NCBI GenBank assembly: GCA_002633005.1
Contig: NMRA01000183.1
Location: forward strand, 215,640 to 279,639
Direction of reading: 5' to 3'
From: Phoronis australis
Lineage: Eukaryota; Animalia; Phoronida
DNA length: 64,000 nucleotides
In this document: one piece after another, positions 51,389 through 63,031 of the stretch
Position numbering within the stretch: position 1 is the first letter of the stretch
How the letters are laid out: each line of letters starts with the position of its first letter
Notes under the pieces: model-generated
Told to the model about the DNA's origin: nothing
The model's database searches: none
What the model saw: the letters and a program-made list of their open reading frames with translations, nothing else
Program-made: the position numbers and the translations under genes

Positions 51389-53078
51389 TAAAATTGTATT
51401 AATGAAAAACTAAACATACTGAATTTAATGTGGCCATTTTGGCTCAGAAAATATGAGTACCAAACTAAAGTGAAGGCATCACAAATAAGTCATTCATATT
51501 TTATTATAAAAATTTACAAAATGAATTATATGTACCTGGCAATAGGACAAAGGTATAAAACTGGGTTGGGTCGCATAAAACTTCAAAATTATCCGCTGGA
51601 TAAGTTTGATTGTTGCATGACGTCAGATGCATTTTTCAACAAGAACAACGTGGCTTGTGATATATGCGATGTCATTGTTGCTATACGGCGTATAACTTTT
51701 ATGCAAATGGCCCAGAAGTATGGCACACAACATGTAGACCGATTTAAATTGTCCGTGTGTCACAATTCATTGTGAAATGCATGAGTTGTGCATTATATTT
51801 CTCTTCATAACATTGCAATTACGAAATTTATTACAGATTTTTACAAGTACTTACCGTTACTGTAGTACCCATGGGCACTCGCTTTCTTTTGACCCACTCT
51901 GAAGTCAGCCTGTTTTGTGTGGCAGCTTCTGTATATCCCTGAAAATTCATAGAAATTCAATCAGCTGCATTAGAAATATCTTTTGTTGCATGTTCACAGT
52001 CATAGGCTATAGAGATCAACCAAATGAAAACAACAGAGCCTTATAGAGGGGGTTAGTGGGCTTGAGTAATAGCCACTGTATAATATGTATTTGCTAAGCA
52101 ATTTCTAGCAAGACCGTCTAAAATTCCCAATGCTACGTACAAGATATCCCCACCCTAGTTCACTATTATCCTGGTTTTTATTACCTTAAATAACACAGAA
52201 CAGTAGATGGCAGCTGATATGTCCCCAAAAGTTGAGCCCACCTTCACCATGAGCACAAGTTAACCATTTCAACATAACAGATTTCCAAACAAACATCTGA
52301 CTTGTGTAATTGTGTTGTTGTAATCCATTGTATACATACCATACACTATCTTTCATGCACAAGTATGACATGGAAACCATAGGTTCAAGATTCTCGATAG
52401 ATATTGTGAAACCCTCACAACAGTCACTGATTAGTTTTGTTAGTTTACCATAAAATTCAGAAATACACCGCTTTTTGGCAATCATGAGGTAAACAGGAAT
52501 TTTGAACTCTACTGCAAATTCAGCATGCATGAAACAACACCAGAATCCTTTACGTGGTTAACATATCAATTGTCCCTTCAGGGCCTCAAGTCAACGGGAT
52601 AATATGGGGGACGTATGGGTCATGCTAAAATTCCTGTCTTTTTATTCCAGTTTTGGGAGGGTGCATTTTAATGTGCGACTTTTTAAGTTCCGTTCCAATT
52701 TTCAGCCTAATCATCTTTGTAAGCTTCACTAGTTGCAAATCACAGCTTAATATCAATGTATTTTTTTGAGAAATGCACTATATTTTTGACGGATTTGTCA
52801 TGTTTAATTAACTTCATATTCAACCACAGAAATTCAATGTCGGACATCACATACTCTCTAGTCTATAAAAGTAGGTCATGGGAAGAAGTCATGTAAAGCG
52901 TTTCAACATTTGGCTGTTATTATAAAAAATATGATAAATACCTATTTTCTATATCAGTGTATTCATACACTGCATAAACTGTACTTCAAGACATTTGAAA
53001 TAAGATACGATTAAGCAGTAATGCCCAAGTTATAAGCAATCACGGAGCGTCAATAAAAGTATTTTTGCATGAATGCTC

Positions 53079-55805
53079 TGATACGCCGTGAAATGTAACA
53101 ATGACGTAAACTGTAACAGTTGTTACATTTTACATTGCTAGAGATCTCCTAAAATGTAACAACTTGTTACATTTTATGTAATTGTTACAATTTACGTCGA
53201 ATGCACATGCGAGAAATGTATCATTGTTACATTTTACGAAACCAACGTCATATTTCATGAGTTTGCTTGATATTTGTCACAAGGAAGAAAATCCGTTCAC
53301 ACACTTAACGCCTTCTTTCTCGGATTGTGTGAATGAAATTCTATCAAGTGTGCCAGGTCCAACTTATAAATGTGTCCCTATATGCTTTCCATGGTTTTTT
53401 AACATGAGTAGTTTTATGGTATAGTAAAAAATGCACACCGTACAGTTTCAACTACACACGAAAGGGTTTCCAGCATCAGGTAACACGTTTTTTAATGTTA
53501 AAGGGTACTTGCAATCTTTCGTTGACGTTCACACGTCATAAATCAATTGTGTATCCGGCATTACAGTAAAGACACTTCCCTCAACAAAGACATCATATTT
53601 GGCTAATATTTATCGTATTTCTTCGGGAACAAACGACAATAACGAAATTTTTCATGGAGAACTCAATTTCGGAAGCCCATTTGATACAAAAAAACACAAG
53701 CTTTATTCCACGATAGTTTGGTTTATTTCGGCCAGTGTTTTATTGCCTTGGAGTCATCGCTTATGCAGTAACTGACCTGCTAAACACAAAAGAAACAAAA
53801 CCAATGTTTCTGATGCCGACAGGTTCTGCCTACCACCAAAGTTACGAATGAACATTTCTTAAAGACATTGTAGTGGAAGGAAATAAAAGCACGCATTTAT
53901 TTGCCGGCAGGTTGACAGATTTTGTCAAAGCAACAACAAAATATTGCCTTTGAGAAGGGCGAGCCAATAGTTTAAAAAGTGGTGGCATAGTAACGTGTTT
54001 TATACAGCTTAAAAGATGAAAGAAATATCATTGTCCCAATGACGTCAAACCTGTCTGAAATAGTGGTGGCAACAACAGGTCAAACTGTGACGTGTAAACG
54101 TAAAAATGGGAGGCCTAGCTGGGGAAATAGAAAATATTTTGCACACTGAATAAATAAAAGATTATTTTGCTAAAACCTGGAAAGCTCTAGGTCGATAGGG
54201 ACAATAATCTAAAAAGCTGATTGTCGGCCTTTCGGAATATAAAAATATGCACTTTCTCTTATTATTGTCTTTTAAGATAAAATATGAATTAAAATTGCTA
54301 TTTGGACAATGTTCATTAGCTCGAAGTACATATAAATAAAGACAAAGATTGGACATTCTATTATTAATAGACAAGAAGTCACGTGTCTCATGAGGCGCCA
54401 TTTTTGTGTAGCATAAACGAATTTGGTATATTTACCCCTTTGATACATTGCATTAAATGCTCATATTAAACATCACTGACTTCGATGTTGGCGGTTTTTG
54501 TTCCATACAATCCAATTTCAATGAAACCTAGTTCAAATCACTCTGTTAAATCACCGTGTCTTTCTAAGAATATTGGGGCACGTTCTACATAAAATTGTTG
54601 CTCGGTTTGTATTCCCATTACCAGCTATTCTAATGACCCAGTGACCGCAGAGGACTAATCGTTAGTTCTCGAAAAAGTCTGCCTCCAGAGTTCAACTTAA
54701 CGAAAATTTGAACTTAAATATTATCGTGGAACAATCCCCAGTTCTTTGACAAGTAATGTTTTCAACAAGAGACAAAAATGATTACATGGTGGGTATCCTC
54801 ACATTTAGATGAAAGTCGCGAGTTAAATAGTGCGGTCTGAATTCAGTTCTTTTTGGCAAACTGTAGATGGACATAGTTATATTTAAAAACAACACAGTGC
54901 TTTTTGATAGGTCAAAATAATCAATTTTTAAAGTTGGTGCACGTCTAAATAAGATTTTAAATCTCAACCTCCTCGTTTCCAAGAAGTAGGCCTACTCTGC
55001 ATCCACAGCTGTCAAGACATTCCTCACAATATCGTTAAGGCTGAACATGGGAACCCCTTTAAAATCCTTTGGAACAGGACTCGCTGTTCACTATGGAAAG
55101 CCAGATAAAAACATTGGACTATGATTGAGATGATTTTAAAATCTTTAAGGACCATGATGTATTAGCACTTTGCTAAACATGTATTGTGTCCTCGTTAAAT
55201 AAATTTAAAAATATTCATAATAATAAGAACGATAACGAAAACGATAACGAGTAACACTAGTAATAGCAGCAATAGTAGTAATGGCAATAGTAATAGGAAC
55301 AGTATTAATAATAGTAATAGTAATGTAATACTAATAAAAATGATAATAGGTAGCCAGATTCATGTCGTGTCAGCCCGGAGTGCATTCTATAGAAGAGGTA
55401 TACCAAAAGTACAGCCCAAAAGGGTGTTCTTTCACAGAAAAAATACTCTCCAAAATGGTGCCATTTTCGTCAAACTTATATCTAAAAGGTGCCGTTCATG
55501 AATTTCAGGAATAAAAGTGTGCGAAAATGTGAATTTTTACACAAATTAGTTTCTAAATGGGTCACTTTTTTGTCCGAGCCCGCTCTCTAAACGGGTACGA
55601 ACAAGAATACTCCAGCACCCCGTGGTAGTTTCAGATACCACTTGTTCGCGATTTTGGTCATTTTCCTTGCAATATGAAGTGGGTTTCGTAAAATGTAACA
55701 ATGGTACATTTCTCGCATGTGCGTTCGACGTGAAATGTAACAACTGCAACGCAAAATGTAACAGTTCTTACATTTTACGAAGTTGTTACATTTTACGGCG
55801 TATCA
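53079..55805. mobile_element. 2.7-kb non-autonomous element with 140-180-bp TIRs rich in AAATGTAACA and a probable 6-bp TSD
   Basis: atgctc|tgatacgccgtgaaatgtaacaa ... ttgttacattttacggcgtatca|gtgctc; 53079-53256 is inverted relative to 55668-55805. Confidence 0.85.
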
Positions 55806-57289
55806 GTGCTCCTAAAAATATTCCTCAGGGTCTGACCTTGGATTTTGGTGATTCTTACCTGAACTCGCATGAAGCAGAACATTGAACCTTGACTTTATGT
55901 CTTTGGTCATTTTCCTGACCTCTGTCGGATTTCTCCTCTTGTGTGCAGTGGTTGTACTCAGTGTCTTTAGCGACGCCAATATATGTCGAGGGTTGTAACG
56001 ATGATTCGGACAAGTGAATCTACTACGCTAGATAATCTAGCTCCTGCTGCATACCTGCCTCCGAGGCAGACAGTCTACTTCTCAGGATGACACGTTCCAC
56101 CTCCTTCACGTCCCCTCAATTTTAAGGTTCTGAAATATCTCGCTATAATTCTTGTGCATTTCCCAAGAGTTTTCAAAGTTGTTTCTCTCGGCAAAGGTCT
56201 GATGTACGCCCAAGGTTTGACCTGTGTCCAAAAATGACACAACAAAGGAAAAGAATGATACGACTGATGGGCGATATACATGCGACAAGTTGCCATGGAC
56301 AGTGGTGGAGTTTGAATGTTTTTAGAGAACTGCAAACCCGGTATTTAGTCAGGAAAATTTCTGCGGCCTTTTGTTTTAAGTCGTATGAAAAATTGTGGTC
56401 ATACCACTTAACTTAACATTCATTTGATTTTTCATTGCATTGCATGTACATTTGATAAACAGAAAATCTGACTTGAATAGGTGTGACCCATTAGGAAATT
56501 GCAAAGCATAACAACTGTAAATCAAAATAACCCACAATTGTCGACTTCATATCTAACCCTGTTGACTGGGGAGGACATAATCGGCTTTTTAAAAAAATGG
56601 AGTAATGTATGGTATCTAGGAGTACTATAGTCCTAGGTGGTAAGTAGTAAAACATTCAAAACATTCAGGAGGAACAAACTCGTTGTTGCAAACAATCAAA
56701 AAACATTAAGGACAATCTGCTTTTACGTGCTCACGCAACGGTCTCAGATGTTTGAAAATTTCTCATTTTAGTACACTTGAGGTCCCAAAATGTATAACTA
56801 ATAAACTGGCTGACAATTTTTTTTTATTTTATGCAATGGAATTAACATGTTTTTTCAACATTTTGGCCAAGTTTCATTCTCAAAGCAGTGGGGGCAGGTT
56901 TGGTATAGCATTGTATTGAATATAACCTCAAAATTGCATAACGGGAGGCAGTGAAGTTTAACTACAAAATGAGGGTGGCAAATCGGAATCTTTTTCTTCA
57001 AGACATCTGTGTGAAAATCTACAGGCACCACTTAACAATATCAAGTGAATAATAGTTCAATAGCTTTCATTCAAGGAAAAAATAAACAGAAAATTGAACA
57101 GTTTTTACAGCGTGAAAACATGGCTGCGAGACCGTAAAATGTGTTTGAGCCTATAACTTTAGTAGAACGTAATATTTTGGGGATATATTTTACCATTGTT
57201 TATAGATTCCATAGGACTACCTGTGTGTCAAATTTGAAAATCGGCTGACCCCCACTTTGCCGCTGAATGGCTGGCGCTCTCGTGGACAA

Positions 57290-57795
57290 GCACTTAACGT
57301 CCCCTTCGGTGCTGCCTTCGACCTCCTGGCCGAGGCCCGCCTCCAGCCGCCGATCTCCGTCGGCGTTGCCTTCGGCCGCTTGACCGAGGCTTACCTCCCG
57401 GCTGTCCCGCCCACGTAACTTACGGGCCTCGGCCACACTGCCTCCAGTCCGGCAGCTCAGCCTGTCCCGCCTGTACGGCCTGCGTGGCTAACGGACCTCC
57501 GACGCGCTGCATCCGGCGGCTCCGCCGCTTGCCCCGCCTGCGCGGCTCAGGGTCACGGACGCGCTCTAGTGCCTCTGACGGTTTGGCCTGTCCCACCTGC
57601 GTGGCTTGCGGGCCTTGGCCGTGCTGCCTCCGACGGCTTGCCCTGTCCTGCTTGCGTGGCTTAATTACGGGCCTCGTCTGCGCGCTGCCTCCGTCGGCTC
57701 GGCCTTTCCCGAATGCGTGGCTTACGGGGCTCGTCCGCGCTGTCTCCACCAGTTCAATCGGGCCCGCCTGCGTGGCTTACAAGCGTCGGCTGCAC
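57290..57795. repeat. GC-rich degenerate minisatellite, period ~55-65 bp
   Basis: Core gcctgcgtggcttacgggcctcg recurs near 57410, 57478, 57536, 57596, 57650, 57713 and 57766. Confidence 0.8.
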
Positions 57796-58464
57796 AGCCT
57801 CCAACGGCTGCTTTCAATTGAAGCAATCATTGTCATATATATTAAAATTCAGCATAGGGGCATAGGGGTCTCGTACATGAAATTATGCTGGGTAATAAAT
57901 CTTGATGTTTCATTGCTTTATTCATTTCACAGTTAACCACTGGACAACAATCTTGTGGATATAATTGTCTATCTACCGACTGAGTGCTTAGACCGGATAT
58001 CTAATCATAAACATGTAAGTAAATCTGCCTGTGGGTCATGCACTTACCATTAGAAAGGATACATTTGTCTCTTGCTCAAACTGTAACAACAACAAAACGA
58101 AGGCTCGCAGAGAAGTCTGATTCGATAGAATTTGCAATTTCATAAAGCTGTTTTTGCTAAGAGTTATTTGATATCAGTTCAACGGCCGCAACTTGCTCAA
58201 CGATCCTCAGGTTTTGACTTAGATTTCACAAAAATGGATGATGCAACACAAGGTTTGTTTAGCCTAATCGATAGCGCTTTCAGAATGGCCACTCCAACTG
58301 ACACCATCTAGAGGTCTCCATTTAAAATTGCCCCTATAGAAGAGGGGATCTAAGAAGAGCGAGCCCATCAATTTCCCTTTTGAACACTCGGCGTCCCCCT
58401 CACTCTCGCACGTGGAAGAAACACTTTACGTTCTGTTACTATCATGGTCGTTTACGTTATTTAA

Positions 58465-60388
58465 AGGAGAATGCCACCCGATTCAATCAGTCTTCATTAC
58501 AGTCTTAATCGGTCTGTATCCACATCGCCGAGATGTGTCGCGTTAACCCTCTGAGGAAGGTGAGAAACGATGCAGCGACGTCAGTGGTTCTTCTGCAGAG
58601 TGAATTGGCTCGCGATAGTTGAGAATGAAAAATACGCCGTCAAACCAAGTATGAGGCCGTGAAACTTCTCCGTGTCTGTCAGTGGCCGGCATTTCGTCGA
58701 CAGTGATTTCACTGACGGTCGAATGCCGGCTTACCAAACAGCTCATGCCAGGGCAGAAACCATGCGCGCACTCTCAGAGAGACAAAAGGTCCGAGAAAAT
58801 GAGGAATAAATCCATTAAACATGCGCAAACGCGCAATTCACAGAGATGCTGTCGTTTTTTTTATTTTTTTAGTCCGCCCATTTTTTTGTTACCAAAAGGT
58901 CCCCCCATATTGAAGGCTGGGTGCGCGCATGGAAACTGAGACTAAGGCTAAAGTCAGATGTTGTGCCTAGTGTGTTTGCGTTCGACAGGCAGGAGACAAA
59001 GAAACGCGGATTAGCTGTTGATTAGTTTTTGATTATGGAGAATTGTAGTTGTCCATTAAAACATGAACAATTACAATTTATTCAAGGGGTTACAGCATAA
59101 CGTTTTAAATAACCTGTTTGATGACTGACTCATTCGTCAGACTTCTGTCTGAACCTCTGGGTGTAGGGTGTTTTCGCCAGTTCTTTTTCTCAGCCGAACG
59201 TCGTAAGCCTACCTCTGTTTAGATGCGATGCACAGCCAAGACAGTCCGTGAGACACATCTGATTTGCTACAAGAAGGCGTTTCACTTGCGGAATTTCGTG
59301 GCAGCAAACGCAAGCGTCAGTCGTTTCCATTATCGTGACAACATGACAAGTCAGTCAAACGGTTTTTGGAAACTATACAAATGTTCCGTTGCCTGTGCAC
59401 GTTCATGGACCTCTAGTATTTCTTGATCAGTGCATTCCGGTTTGAACTGATAACCTGTGAAACCTAACGATCAACATGTGAAGTCTTCATCGAATGAGCA
59501 CTCGTCTAAGTCGGAATTGCATATTGGCACGTTGACTTTTATTATTGTGCTACCAGTTTCTCTCGCCAACCAATACTTATATAAAATTGAAACAAAGTCT
59601 GTCTTATTAGATACAACTTGTAATGCCTTGGAGTGTTCGTGAGTGCAAATGTTTTGAGAACCCAGCAATGAATAAGTCACTGCGTTACTGGCTTTAGATG
59701 CAATAAGCTAATTGACCGGGCATCGAGGCCGTAACTCAATTTTATATCCTATTGTCAGATGATAGGGGAATCTTTATTTAGATATTGATGAATTATACAT
59801 TATTCGAATTATTGTTACTGTACAACTTTTACCCTGACGGCTCTCTAGAAGGGTAACCTATGACTTCGAGGCCCGCGACGAGCTAGTAAGTAGATTTTCA
59901 TTTTAGCGGCTAATTCACCAAATAATCACGTGATCATTATTTCTTTGGCTCACTAGTATAGACTTTTTGTGCATGGACGTTTAGTTTCCAACTTTGGTTG
60001 GTTTATATTCGTGATGCCTTCAGTCCGGTCATGATGGGCCTGACTTGGGTTCCGAGCCACTGGCCAGGATAACAAACGTTTTGTGTGTTTAGAACTGAAA
60101 AAACTGTCAAGTCTAAAATTACAACACACAGCTATGATCTCGATGCACTTGTAAGGGTTTTACATCGAATTTTGATTATTTATTGGTGTAAAACGATGAA
60201 TTCATGGCGGGCTAAAAGCTGACCAGTAAGCGTGTTGTGAACTGCTGAACAGACTGTGTTCGAACCTCTGACGTCATTGGTTAATTTCAACACCTCCGTC
60301 TGCCATCTTGTGTCAGGTACTAGAGTTGTACTTGCTGTTATCGATTGGAACTACTCGATCTAGGTTGTTTTTTGGGTCGTATTTTCCT
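58465..60388 (-). mobile_element. Kolobok-type family K1 copy 2, with nested insertions
   Basis: TTAA|AGGAGAATGCCACCC ... GGGTCGTATTTTCCT|TTAA; 58465-58745 matches 14885-15217 and 59865-60388 matches 13603-14325, both in reverse. Confidence 0.85.
58761..58931. mobile_element. MITE with CATGCGCGCAC TIR and 5-bp TSD GAAAC, nested in K1 copy 2
   Basis: gaaac|catgcgcgcac ... gtgcgcgcatg|gaaac. Confidence 0.92.
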
Positions 60389-60415
60389 TTAATTATTGGT
60401 TCTGTTTCATTTTAG

Positions 60416-60734
60416 GATTTCACCTGTACAATACACGCCACATGGGCCTCTCGCAGAAAAATCTCTTCTTTGTATATGTAATCGTATGCTTGTTACCAAC
60501 GAAACCGAACTGACTAACTCTGTATGGGTTACTTTAAAGAAGATGGGACTGAAATCATTATGTGTCTTGGTACCGAAAAATGAAGAGAATAGTTACTGGT
60601 GTGCAAAGATGAAGTTCTTAGGAATCATTGACGAGTACAACGACGAAGGTTTGATTCACGAGAAGGAGGATGACCGACCGGTGGAAGAAATCAGCGCTAG
60701 CATTATCGAGTGGTTGAAAAAGAGATATATCAAA
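60416..60734 (+). CDS. Coding exon of a carnosine-synthase-like ATP-grasp ligase gene
   Basis: tttcattttag acceptor, open frame (EKSLLCIC..VWVTLKKMGLKSLCVLV..IIEWLKKRYIK) and gtaact donor in phase 0, in frame with the next exon. An alternative acceptor at 60456 is possible. Confidence 0.75.
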
Positions 60735-60833
60735 GTAACTATCTTTTTAAGGACCAAAATTACATTAACTGGTGTAAATTATTAGCAGTATTGTTAAGAA
60801 CCGGGAATAAATGCGTCCAGTTCATGCAATAAT

Positions 60834-61559
60834 CAGTGGCGGATCTAGGATATCACAAGGGGGGCCCAACATTTTGTCCGGCTGTAAGCATTCACGCTAA
60901 CCACGATTGTAGATGCGTTTGCGCGCGAAACCTACTTCTTTTTGTAATGCTTATTACATGTTTTATATTTTGTGCAATCGGTTCTTAACAGATTTGCTGT
61001 ATTTAAAATAGTCTTCAAATGCCCAAAAGATCAAATCCGTTTTTCGTGTTGGCAATAATGACGGGATTGCTTTGGAAATCGTCTTAAGTTAAGGTTTGAC
61101 AAAGAGAGAATTATGAGTTTCTGAGTGATTCACTAAGGCTTCGATTATAATTCACATCTTCCCAACAGCTTCTGTTTTTTCATCGTCACTCAGGTTCCAT
61201 TTTCTTTAAAAAATAAAGTCAATTTTCTTCATAGCACAGTGGAGCTGACGACGGAAACGGGGTCGTAGTGCGCAGCACCACTGCCGGTCGCCTGGGATAT
61301 CGCGGTAGAGCCTATATTTAGCCATAGTTCCGTTACGAATGCGCCGTGTTCCAAATTTGACACTTGGAATTGGATCTGAGCCCCCCCAAAAAAATACTAA
61401 AACTGCACACATTTCAATCTTGTTTCATCCGTATAATTTTAATTACCGGGGTTAATTAATAAACTCAACATTTCCCTACGCTCTTGCTATTTTATTTTTT
61501 TTGCGGCAGCCAAGAGGGGGGGGGAGCGGGCCCCCCTGCCCCTCCTAAATCCGCCTATG
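60834..61559. mobile_element. Intronic MITE with CAGTGGCGGAT-type TIR and 5-bp TSD ATAAT
   Basis: ataat|cagtggcggatctagg ... cctaaatccgcctatg|ataat. Confidence 0.88.
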
Positions 61560-62270
61560 ATAATTTGCAAGACATTTTAACTCTCATGAACTGTATACTC
61601 TCCGCATCTTGGTCCGCTTTGATACATATTCTTTTTGACCTTTTTGTTCGTAGCAAAAATATGCTATATTGCCGTTGGCTCAGAAGCTACTATAACTATT
61701 ATCTTTAGCATTACAGTTGATATCTTGCCTAACAGTGGTTAACATTTTAATGCCATGCGCAATGTATTATACGCTGTACGTGTATTTTAAAAGTTGAACA
61801 TATCCTGTGGCAACAATGATGGCATCAATGGGTTTGTTTGGATCTTAAATTAACTGAATCCATTAAAGAGTACCTCAATTGTTTCTTAGTTACCCGAAAC
61901 ATATTTTGAAATTAAATCTCAATTGATGAATAAAATCTAGCAGAACAAGTAATGTAAGAAGCGCTCCTTTCACTGTCTATAAACAAAATTTTCAGTTACC
62001 TGGTCACTCAAAAATGATCGTTCCGTAATCGCATTGTTTAATCTGTCTTGCATTGAGAATAAGCGACAGGTCTTTATTGATTTAGACAAAACCTATTAAA
62101 TTTCTAAAGAACTTAGTTTCAGTCTCAGTTTCAATGGAGAATAACGGTGTGTTAAAACCAATTTTAATTAATTAAACAAAGGATGCGAACGTTATGTGAC
62201 CGTGCAGAAAGCCAGAACGTGGTTTGCAGAGGACATAAATGACTAATCTGCTAATGCTTTCTACCGGTAG

Positions 62271-62429
62271 GTGAACGCGGGCTGCTTCTTTGGTGACTTC
62301 TCAAGTATGGTCGGAGCTTACCTATGTGAAGAACTTGGTATTCCTGGGGATAGCTACGAGAGCAAGAGGGTGGCTTATTTGAAAGACGCTACTCAGGAAC
62401 ATGTGCTTAATAATCCCCAAACTGCAAAG
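62271..62429 (+). CDS. Next coding exon of the ATP-grasp ligase gene (gene continues beyond the window)
   Basis: ctaat..tttctaccggtag acceptor, 53 codons VNAGCFFGDFSSMVGAYLCEELGIPGDSYESKRVAYLKDATQEHVLNNPQTAK, AAG|gtgag donor. A..CE.LG.PG.S.E......K is the linker leading into ATP-grasp domains. Confidence 0.8.
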
Positions 62430-63031
62430 GTGAGATTTTTTAAAGAATCGACGAAGCACAATACAGAACTACAGTACTGTAGAGTTTTGAGAATTTTTTA
62501 TAAAAATCGGTTTTGCAATTGTCTTTTGGGACGGGTTGTTACGGCACTTCCATGTTAATATTTACTGCACATTCAAGATATTTGGAACTTTTAGGCTTAT
62601 ATCACTAATATTTTCACTATTCAGGGAGTCTAGTATGTTTGCACTAGGATCTCATTCCACCATTACACCGTTATGAGCGTAGGAAGCATCATTGTGGAAT
62701 GTCTGTTGGGGGGAGGGGGGGGGGGGTAAAATANCTAGCGTTTCCTGTAGTCATGAAGCCCGCCTGCGGAAGTGGCGCTGTTGGCTGCAAGATTATGTAC
62801 AACAAAACTGATTCATTAGATTTCTTCAACCAACTGTCCAGCGGCATGGCGTGTGGCACCGCAACATGTGAAAAAATTGCGTATTCTCAGTCGGTAAGCT
62901 TTGTTTTTTAAAAGCATTTTCAACTCTGCAGTTAAGTTCAACGTAACACTATACCGTTAGTTTTACTGTACTTGACCAGTTAAATCCCAGCTACCAATTT
63001 ATAGATCAGATTATGTTGTTTCCACAGATCC

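Noticed and set aside
57200-57936. Overlapping GC-rich ORFs
   Set aside because: Stop-poor frames produced by the GC-rich minisatellite
59223-59426. AG-preceded 67-aa ORF as an exon of the ATP-grasp gene or KolX
   Set aside because: Lies inside the transposon, ends in a stop, and has no convincing motif
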